64,000 nucleotides of DNA, taken from the NCBI GenBank assembly GCA_951406725.2, contig OX597816.1:29574001-29638000 (forward strand), given 5' to 3'. Shown piece by piece: positions 53,984-64,000 of the stretch. The stretch is from Octopus vulgaris (taxonomy: Eukaryota). The notes beneath the pieces are model-generated. The model saw only the letters and a program-made list of their open reading frames with translations, was not told the origin of the DNA and searched no databases. The position numbers and the translations under genes are program-made. Numbering within the stretch: the first letter of the stretch is position 1; each line of letters opens with the position of its first letter.

Positions 53984-54766
53984 TAATATTATTATGGATT
54001 AAGGCGGAATTTATGTCAGAATTGTTAGCACGCCGGACAAAAGGATTAGCAGTATTTCGTTAGTCTTCCAGTCTGTGTTCAACTTCTGCCGAGGTTGATT
54101 TTGCCTTTCATCCTTTCGGTGTCGATAAACTAAGTATCTGTGAAAAACTGAGACCGATGTGATCAACTGGTCCCCTCCTTCATATTTCATGTCTTGTGTA
54201 TTTAGTAGAAACGAAAGAACTTTTCAATCAGGAACCTTTCAGCACCTACCGTATTTACATTACTCTTCGCATATTTGATCTTTCCATCTGTTGTTGATTT
54301 TACCTCAGTAAAATTAACCATTTCTGAAATAATTATAAGCGAGCTTCTAGAATGGTGGGCACGCCGGACAATGTCCTTAGCAGCATTTAGTCCGTCTGTA
54401 CGTTCTGAGGCCAAATGCCAATGAGGCTGACTTTGCCGTTCGTCCTTTCGGGATCGATGTAGTTAGCACAAGGTGATCACTGGGGAAAATATCAGGTCTT
54501 GTACCTATTGTCAAGAGGATTATTATTATATATCGTAGTCATTGTAGTGGTAATGCTATCATTATCTATATTTAAGTTTGTATGAACCTCTCTTTCGCTC
54601 ACTTTCATTCTTTCTCTCTCTCTCTCTCTATTTTTCTTCTTCTCTCCACACACACACATATACAAATATATTGAACTTGCGTGCATGTATGTGCGTGTAA
54701 AAAATCTGTGTGCGTTGTATACATGTATGTATGTATGTATGTATGTATGTATGTATGTATGTATGT

Positions 54767-54856
<90 letters not shown>

Positions 54857-57160
54857 GAATCAATGATATTCCAAGGAAAACCATCATGGATGTGTCTATT
54901 TCTGGCTGTCGTAACTAAGTGTGGAATAGAAACTTTTTCTTCCTATGAAGCATTATTCTGAGATATTTTTGGTTCTCCATTGATTTTCTTTCTCGCTTGG
55001 CGCGGTGAAAATACGGTTTCCATGTATTAAATATAATTTTGTAAAGTAAATTAGCCACGCTTTTTGCTGGTAATATTTAGTTGCACAATTAGAATATTGA
55101 ATTAAAGTCAACATAGTTTGACATCACATAAAGCATTTTATGTCTATTGATGGTGTACATAATCTAGTTTCAGGCCTAAAAGATGTTGCTTATTTTTATG
55201 TGTGAGTACGTATGCACGTGGTATAGAGCAAACTGTAAAGTACACAAAATATAATGTGACGTGTGGGTATATTTATTCTGTCCAACCCACGTTATTTGCA
55301 ACGAACAAAAGCAGTGTGTACTTAGTACGTGATTTAGAGTATAGTCATATTCTTTCAGCTCTTACTCTCTATATCTACTATAATTTCCATGTATGTTCGA
55401 TCATTCATTGGGTCATTTAGGTTTATAATAATAAATTAACTGCATATGATCTGCATTAGATCATAAACTGTTGCATATGATCTGATTCCCTTAAAGGAAA
55501 ACAACTGTAATTTACTTAATATTAATTCCCTGTTTGACTTAACATCTTCCGCTATTTGCTTTGTGGGCTCTTGAACTTTTAAAACTTGTTGGGACATAGT
55601 GCTCACAAAATTCTCTTTCTTGCACTATCCTATGTAGCAAAGATCTCCAAAACTAGCCCCATTTCCATCTCTCGAGAATTTGTCAAAGTATGCTTAGATC
55701 CGGTGAAAGACAGAGAATCATTTAATTAGAAGTTATTCTTTGCTTTTAAATTAATTAATAAATTTACAATTTATTTAATCTCAAGTTCACGATTATAAAC
55801 AAATAAACATATAAGATGGGCATCCTGTACTTACGTTATGATGACTATCAAGCAATTGTGCATAACTTTATTGACTTCAAGAAAGTCTAAAAATAATTCT
55901 TAATGATTGAGTGGAAAAACGTACTCGGAAACCTAGAAGTAAATAAGTTTTAAGTTAATGGATAAAAAGAAAGTATTTATCTTTACAAGAAAAGGAAGAA
56001 AATTTAAATAAAAATATAATTCCTTGTTTACTTTTGATTACTAATTCATTAACTAAAGAAATTTTTCGTATTTCTCTAGCAAAATTTCTGATTTAATTGG
56101 CTAGTAATTATTTTGATATATGTTCTTGATTACGATGTTTAATCGTTTAATAATTAATGATTTCGGATCATTATCCATGATCGAATTGAAAAATAACTAT
56201 TTAGATAGACATAACCTTAAAATCTAAATAATTATTGAGGATTTAATGGTATAGTATTTACGCACATTATTATTTATGCATAATTTTAAATTTCAATCTA
56301 TTATCTACAATGATATTTCGTTAAGTACAATCTTTTTATTCTGAAACTCACGAATTGGTTGACATTCCTCACCTAACTATGCCATTATATCTCTCTCACA
56401 TATAGTCCTGACCTCTTATTTTACATTCAGTAACGACGTAGACTCTGCATCGTTATCGAATGTGTGGTAAAAAGAGAGTTCAAAAGTACTTATGAAGAGG
56501 TATAACGTTACAGTTATTGTTCTTTTATAGCTCTTCCTTCCGTCGCATTTTCACAAGAATTGGATATCCGGTCAACTTGCTGGCAAAATCAAAAGCTATT
56601 ACTTTCCTTTCCTTTATTGAAACCATAATCTCTCAGATATAACTTTTGGGTTTTCTCCATTCCCCGATCTAGCAGATATTTAAGAAATTCTGTAAAATTA
56701 GGTACAATACGTGTTTAATAAAGTCATTTTTTATGCACTAGTGCTGCATCTGTGAATTAAGTACTTTGTTTTCAACTGTTTTCGTCATTTTCTTTAAAGG
56801 TGAACATATATCATCAACTAGACATATGAATATGTACATATATATGTACACACACACACACATACAAACATGGAAACGTATATTTATACACAGGCAAAAA
56901 TATTTGTATATATATGTGTGTGTGTATGTGTGTTCCTGCCTAGCGGTTAAAACCTAAGCACACTGATAATAAGCTGTATTAAAACCGAGAGATAGTCTTT
57001 ATAACATCACCTACCTAGACGATTGCACCGAGAGATGCACCACAACCAGCTCTACAGCATCCCACAAACAAGGCATCGATGCAGGATGGAACGAAACTAT
57101 CGTTGTAAGCAATAAAGTTTCTCGTATATTCCTTTTTCCCACTATTATTTTTTATGTATA

Positions 57161-57788
57161 CGAGGTGGTATCAAAAAGTTCCAGGAATAATTATGTTTAT
57201 TATAAAAAGATCTTAGGTAAGTAAGTTTTAACATCATCTTCGAAATTGTCGACTTGTGCAGTAATACACCGGTCCCAGCGTTCCTGTCACTTTTGGAATC
57301 CTGTCTGGAAGTCGTTTTCTGTAACCCAGTCGCAGTAGAACTCTCGATAGACATTCTGGATCTGGAGGACTAATTCTCGATGCACAGTACAACATTTCTC
57401 TTGGTGACACTCGTGGCAGGTCTTTCATATCACACATCGTTTTCCAGGTATGCTCTTCTGCTTTTGAAGCGCCCATTCCACTCGAAACATTGAGTACGAA
57501 CAATTGCCTCGTCACCGTCATCTTGCCGAAGCATGCTCAATGTCTCTGTAGCAGACTTCGTAATTTTGGCGCAAAATTTCACATTGGCACTTTGTTCCAA
57601 TTTCCTGTCCATGACAAAATCGCAGAGTACAGCATACATGTGATCGCAAGATCACAAATTACCACACCTATGTCACTCGGCACACTTCCTTATGAAGGCC
57701 ACTGCAAGCTCTAAATGCGCACGCACCTACGTGCTCATATCTGTTGGCGCGTTACATAACTAATGCGGGGATTTTTTATATCACCTCG
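57161..57788 (-). mobile_element. Internally deleted mariner with TIRs and TA duplication
   Basis: TA-CGAGGTGGTATCAAAAAGTTCC ... GGGATTTTTTATATCACCTCG-TA. Peptide 'MDRKLEQSANVKFCAKITKSATETLSMLRQ..CFEWNGRFKS'. Confidence 0.88.
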
Positions 57789-57981
57789 TATACATATGCG
57801 TGTGTGTGCGTGTGCGCGTATGTGTGTGTGTGTTTATATTCATTCTACGTATACGTTTATATATTTGTATAATACATCTTAGAGAAAGTCCTGTCCTCCT
57901 CGGAAGAATTCGCGGAATTTAAAATGACATACACGCAAGCAATATATTTTTACCTGGCCCCTAATCCCTGTTATATATATT

Positions 57982-58013
<32 letters not shown>

Positions 58014-58235
58014 GATGTGCAATGGCCCAGTTGTTAGGGCGGTCATAAGATCGGATTTCGATTCCCAGACCTAGTGTTGTGAGTGTTTTTTTAAGCGAAA
58101 AGACCTAAAGCCCAATGAGGGTCCGGCAGAGTACGGTGGCGAACCCTGCTGTATTCTTTCACCACAAATTTCTCTTACTCTCTCTTTCTGTTTTCCTTGT
58201 TCTTTATCACCTCGTCTTTATATGTTAATCTAGGC

Positions 58236-58310
58236 TTTCCTGCTGACGAGAGTTTCGCCAAGTAATTTATTTTATTTACTAAAAATTGCTTGAAACCATG
58301 GTACAGGAAA
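58236..58310 (+). ncRNA. Minimal type I hammerhead ribozyme with canonical core
   Basis: TTTCCTG-CTGACGA-GAGT..GCTT-GAAA-CCATGG-TA-CAGGAAA: 7-bp stem I, palindromic stem III, predicted GUA cleavage after 58303. Confidence 0.8.
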
Positions 58311-58452
58311 TAGAGGGTAAATGTTTTTGTTTTTCATTCCCTTTTGAAATTACCCCTAATAGTGGTTTGGAGTTTAACTACTCTTTCTAGCGGTTCAGAT
58401 GTCCTGTTATGGCCATCTCTTATGTGTTTAAATGTACACTGTATTTTTATAT

Positions 58453-60813
58453 GCGGAGACTTGCGAAGGGCCGATCATGCCTGGGAAGGTGAAAGAGGCT
58501 ATGGTTGACTGTAAAGCAGGGAAGTCTCCGGGACTTGATGGTCATCCTTACAAGCTATATAAATGTATGCCAGACATGTTCAGGCACCTACTTGCTAGCA
58601 TATACGCGAACTAGCAACAGAATGGGTTTATCTCCAGATCTGTGTGCCGGGGAGTGGTGACGTTGATCAGAAAGGACCTGGACAAGGGGGGACGTTTTAG
58701 TTAATTTCAGGCCCATCACTCTGTTAAACGCCGAAGTAAAGATTTTGGCGAAGGTTTTAGCAAAAAGGTTGGCGCGTGTCGCGAATGGTATAGTCGGGGA
58801 GGCACAGACATGTGCCATCCCAGGCAGAACCATTCAGGATAATCTCCATCTTATTCCCTATACCATAGAGAGGGTTGATGATAACTCTGGCAAAGGTGGG
58901 GCATTGGTGCATTTAGACCAATCTGATGCTTTTGACAGTGTCGACCATCGATACCTGGAGAGTGTGCTTACTCGTTTTGGTCTGGGCCTTGGCTTCTTCA
59001 GGTGGTTCATCGCTCTGTATCACAACATTGACTCGATAGTTCGGGTGAACGGTTTCCTCTCGAAGCCGTTCTGCATCAGACGCTCGGTTCGTCAAGGATG
59101 CCCCCTCCCACCACTTCTGTATGTGGTGGCTCTTGAGCCCCTACTGCGAAAGTTGAGTGACATTGAGTGACATCCCAAGAGAACCAGGTTTAGAGGAGCT
59201 TGTTTCGGCTTGCGTGGGTGATATCACTATCAGCGTTACCACAGTAACACGCCTACGTGAAGTGGGTAAGGCTATTGAGGTTTACGAGACAGTGGCAGGA
59301 GCAAAGATCAACCGGGAAAACTCAGTCGGCTTGCAGCTCGGAACCTGGATTTGCAAGTCGGTGCCTTCAGACAGCATTGTTGGGCGCTGGACGGAGAGAC
59401 CGGATAAATTACTGTGAGTCTGGTTTGTAACAGGCCTCCAGTTCGAGCGGGGTTGCTGCAATAGTCAAGACCTGGTCTTGGCAGTGGCTATCACTGAAAG
59501 AGAGGGCGGATGTGACCAATGTGTTTATCTCATCGGTCATTACCTACCGCTTGACGTCGTGTCCTGTCCAGATTCGTGGGTGATCAGGCTGGAGAGGCAG
59601 CTCTTTCGATTATTGCGGAAGGGCAAATCGCTACTTGTGAAACGCTCTATCTGTTGTCACAAGCCGTTAAATGGAGGTTTAGGGATGCCTTGGTTAATGA
59701 TGCGCAGGCATGCGTTGAGGTTGAGGCACCTCTGGATTCTCCTCGATAGTGTCCAGACAATTGTTCCTCGATAGTGGCCAGACAATTGTTCCTCGATAGT
59801 GGCCAGACAATTGTTCCCCGAGTTCAAACGTTTTTGCGAACAAGAAGTCTGGTGTTCTCGTAGACCGAGGTCGAGTAAGTGGCATATGGAGTGTTGTAAG
59901 GCTCTCCTGCTATTCCGGTGCTCGGGCAACGCCAGCGATCGAGTTCTACATCTTTTTATATAGTAGGTTGGTAGAGTCTGAATGTGAAGATGGCCTGGGA
60001 GCGACCCTAGATATCGGGTATATTCAGCTTGACAACCTGTTCCGTCGTGCATTCGGGTTGAGAACGTTGGACAATTTCCAAAGGACCTTGATCTGGCACT
60101 GCTACAGGGGCGCCTTGCCTGTTTGGGATAAACTCCCAAGAGATGGAAAGTCACACTCTTCGATCTGTCTAAGATGCGGGCCGTTGATAGGGAAACCGTC
60201 CCTCACGCTATTGTCCAGTGCCCGGAGATATTTGAAATGTGGGTTTATGCTGAACACCTGTTGTCCGGCGAAGGAAGAGTACAGCTGTCGACTGGGTCAA
60301 TTATAAGAATTGACCCACCGGAATTTTTAACAAATGAAGGTAAGGATTGTTTTCTCACTGTTGATGCAATAGCGAAAGAGGCAGTATGGAAGACTAGGAT
60401 AAAAGGGATTAAGACGAGTAACTTTATCTCCGGCCACGTGTTAAGATCGTTTTTCACTTTTTACTTGAAAAGGTTAAGTGTGGCTGGAGAAGTGATGCCT
60501 GTTGGTGAGGGTGTTCAAAAGAAGATGGAGGCATGTTGCACAAGTGCTGTGCGTGCAAAGAACTATGGGAATATGCTATAGAAGAAAACAAGAGATGAAA
60601 GAAGTACCAGCGATAGATCGGGGCTGATGGGGTCGGAATGTGGCCTCATCATCGTTACATTTGTGTCATATTTGTATTGTGTATTTCATTCGATTCTTAT
60701 ATATTTTATATCATTTTTATGTTCATATTTATGTAATATCATAACGTGTTACTGGCCCTAATCAGTTGTTTTGTCCCATTCTTTGTGTAGCCCCCTGCAG
60801 GTAATAAAGAAAT
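58453..60813 (+). mobile_element. 5'-truncated Tx1-clade (L1 group) non-LTR retrotransposon, ORF2 pseudogene + 3' UTR
   Basis: 'GKSPGLDG', 'FRPITLLNAEVKILAKVLAKRL', 'QTCAIPGRTIQDNLHL', 'LDQSDAFDSVDH', 'SVRQGCPL', 'GGLGMP', and CCHC motif 'CLRC...ETVPHAIVQCP'. A 25-bp triplication lies at 59741-59815. Confidence 0.9.
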
Positions 60814-60814
60814 T

Positions 60815-60980
60815 GGTATTTAGTCTGTCTTTACGTTCTGAGTTCAAATTCCGCCGAGATCGACATTGCCTTTCATTGTTTCGGGATCGATATATTAAAT
60901 ACCAGATGCGAGCTGAGGTTGATCTAATCGACTGGCCCTTCTCCAAAAATTTGTGACCTTGTGCCTAGAGTAGAAAAGAA
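60815..60980 (+). mobile_element. 3' part of an older SINE beginning exactly at GGTATTT
   Basis: GGTATTTAGTCTGTCTTTACGTTCTGAGTTCAAATTCCGCCGAG...CCTTGTGCCTAGAGTAGAAAAG. Confidence 0.85.
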
Positions 60981-62074
60981 TAATTTATTCAAATATCAAA
61001 TCGTATTAAACCTTTGAAAAAAAGATTTATCTACGACTAAAAGGCAAACAACACTTGAGTTGAGTGCATAAGTTTAACATATATCGTATAAACACATTTT
61101 ATGAGGTAATAGTAGTCGATCTACTTGCCAGAAATAGTTATAACTCATACCACAATCATTCACAAGAATTCTAAAGTAGTGTAAACACATTAAATAACAC
61201 AGTCCTGAACATCAAAAGAAAATTATTATCAAGGCCAGAATTCTTTGATAAAAGATTTGTTGTATCGGATTTGACAATTTTTTCGGAAGAAAAAGCAGCA
61301 ATCGAAACTTGCTGAGAAGAAAATAATCTTTTTTCTTGGAGCGTTTCTAATCCAGTGTATTTTCTTCTCCTTTGGGTTATTGCGGTAATGCAGCGACATA
61401 CCATTTAATGGATCTTTTAATCAATTTCAATAGTTTGTTGGATATTTATTTCATCGTTTTTTAAATGTACGAAATATTAAGTCGATATTGACATAATGGG
61501 AAATAAATCTTTGGAACATAAAGGACAATCCTATTCGAATATACCTTCCCTCGTTCCACACTGCTGTAAATACATACACACATACACACAAAACAATACA
61601 CACAGGCGCAAGTATGCACACACATATTTGTTTGCATGTATTCATATTCACAGTGGAGCAATTCAATATTTATTAGTAAATTTAAATGAAAAAGTACACG
61701 CGAAATATTCACATGCCTATGGCTTGGCAAATCAGCCATCCATGGGAAAATACATTTATATATCGAAGAGACACAGCATTATTTGTATTTCAAGATGTAA
61801 CTGTAAGTGATATGTATATGATGTGTGTTTTTGTGGGTATGTTATGTGTGTTTTAGGTGTGTTTTTATGTGTGTGTTTTGTGTGCTTTTATGTGGGATTT
61901 TATGTAACAAGTATTCATAAAATTGAGGCTTTAGTAAGATATATTACTCCAAAATACTATGAAGTAAGAGTGAACCCAGATCAGATGGTTCCAAAGCACT
62001 CTATAATTACACACCATTTCCCTTCAGAAATGTGCAGTAAATAAAAATTGATCTTAAGATAGTTGCTCATGTAA

Positions 62075-62550
62075 GGCAGCGAGCTTGAAGAATCGTTAGC
62101 ACGTCGGGCGAAATGCTTAGTGGTATTTCGTCTGTCGTTACGTTTTGAGTTCAAATTCTGCCGAGGTCGACTTTGCCTTTCATCCTTTTGGGGTCGATTA
62201 AATAAGTACCAGTTATGCACAGGAGTCGTTATAATCGACTTAATCCGTTTGTCTGTCTTTGTTTGTCCTTTCTGTGTTTAGCCCCTTGTGGGTAGTAAAG
62301 AAATAGGTATTACGCACTGTAATCGACTTAATTCGTTTGTCTGTCCTTGTTTGTCCCCTCTATGTTTAGCCCCTTGTGGGTAATAAAGAAATAGGTATTT
62401 CGTCTGCCGCTACGTTCTGAGTTCAAAATCGTCCGAGGTCGACTTTGCTTTTCATTCATTCGGGATCGGTAAATTAAGTACCATTTGATCTCATCGACTG
62501 GTTCCCTCCGCCACAATTTTGGGCGTTGTGCCTAGTGTAGAAAAGAATAT
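62075..62550 (+). mobile_element. Nested SINE array (head, two Tx1-like tails, then old-type 3' end)
   Basis: Junctions GAAATA|GGTATT at 62306 and 62394; the final segment ends TTGTGCCTAGTGTAGAAAAG. Confidence 0.85.
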
Positions 62551-62752
62551 GCTTGTTCCCGTGTAACTATTATTTGTTCTTAATACATTTTTCATACACA
62601 AAATCATTTAATATATTTGGATATACAGATTCACCATTACCATTTTTCTTCGCAAGAAGAGACATGCTCAAAGTGGATCTAACTTTCCCAATAAAGCATC
62701 GTTTAATGCAAATCTTTGGTAACTACACACATGTCACGCGCACTCACACGCA

Positions 62753-62807
<55 letters not shown>

Positions 62808-62844
62808 CGTGTGTGTGTATGTGTATCATAGTTCTATATATCCG

Positions 62845-62875
<31 letters not shown>

Positions 62876-62876
62876 A

Positions 62877-62926
<50 letters not shown>

Positions 62927-62984
62927 CCATAATAGATCGGTAGCCACTACACACATTTTTTTCTCTCCTTGTTTTCTGTGTCCC

Positions 62985-63018
62985 TTTCTGTAGAAGAGCG
63001 TAGGCTCGAAACGTAAAA
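62985..63018 (+). ncRNA. Hammerhead-like motif in a ~200-bp (TA)n-flanked insert (62922-63118)
   Basis: TTT-CTGTAGAA-GAGC(GTAG)GCTC-GAAA-CG-TA-AAA; the core deviates from CTGANGA. Confidence 0.45.
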
Positions 63019-64000
63019 TACTTTTCCTATTCCTGAGCGTTATACTAATACATCTGTTTGTTTTGTACACCACCTGTCTTCATCTTTTGTTGTGTTATTT
63101 TCGTAAACTCTCCCTATAGATATATATATATATATATATATATATATTGAGTGTAGGCACAACAGTGGAGACAGCTAAATTAGTAGACAAATAGCTATAG
63201 GAGAAAGAGAAAATACACGGAGTGCTTAATTCGTGCTTAGAATGCTATTGACAAATAAAAAAAGTTCGTTTATGACTTTCACATATTTTCCACAGAGCCA
63301 ATGTAACATGTTCGCCGTTACAGGCTTCAATACTTGTTATAATAATTGTAATATCAATGTAGATCTTGTTTGGTTGGAAATAACTGAGAACATATTCTCT
63401 TTTTATTGTTTCTATTTGTAATACTAGTGTGACTTATTTGCTATAGAATATAAAAAGATTTAGTGTATTTGTGCACGTTCTCTCATATTTTCTTCAATAA
63501 GTTTATTGTTGCGCGATAAATAGATGCAAACAACCTCTCACAGAAATCCAATAATTTATCTGCAAACAAAGTTACGTCGAAAGAACTATGATATCAAAAT
63601 AGATAATTTGCCATATGCTTCAAGACAAAATCTGAATCATTACGTACACTTGAAGAGATACTGCTATACACACTTATCCATATGATATTTTTTTATAGTC
63701 GTCTCACTTTTGCTCCTCTTTTCAGGCGGCGGAGTTAGCAAAGATCGTAGGATACTTTATCAATACGTCTTCGAATAGTGTATGTTACTTTCTTTCGTTC
63801 AACTTTGAGTTCAAATCACACTTCGCTTTTTATCTCCTCATTCATACGTGGGTTCAAATTTAAATATTAAAGCCTTCCTCAACCACCTCGTACATACTCT
63901 TCTTGAACATGTGTCAATGAGAAAATCAAATACATTTATATGAGATATAAACGGTTGTGTTCCAGAACTGGACTTATCTATGGGTGAGATATGATTGAGA

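Noticed and set aside
55490-56700. Protein-like short frames and splice-like signals suggesting host exons
   Set aside because: Frames are interrupted by stops and no coherent exon chain or homology could be established.
59741-59815. Three 25-bp direct repeats resembling a CRISPR array
   Set aside because: No spacers; a simple tandem triplication within Tx1 ORF2 in eukaryotic DNA.
61171-61810. 77-aa and 104-aa ORFs with nearby splice-like motifs
   Set aside because: No recognisable family; expected by chance.

Overview
AT-rich, microsatellite-dense animal genomic DNA with no host gene I can support. The SINE families and repeat landscape are most consistent with an octopus or other cephalopod genome (inference, not a database result). 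The window is almost entirely transposable elements. It holds a very young Penelope-like retroelement (RT plus GIY-YIG) with a ~975-bp near-perfect inverted duplication, and several older Penelope remnants carrying hammerhead-ribozyme motifs. It also holds Dong/R4-type, HERO-like, RTE and Tx1 non-LTR elements, mariner, Tc1, hAT and pogo-like relics, a Helitron, and many tRNA-derived SINEs. Four things stand out. (1) A Tx1 LINE and a SINE subfamily share the same 3' tail, and both repeatedly join the motif GGTATTT, which lies inside the SINE's own tRNA-derived head; this suggests a SINE-homing LINE/SINE pair that builds nested SINE arrays. (2) The young inverted Penelope element carries a variant-core hammerhead. 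(3) There is a dispersed set of minimal hammerheads. (4) A (TAA)n region acts as a landing pad and includes a non-coding ~555-bp element. All coordinates were read by eye, and the ends of degenerate elements are approximate.
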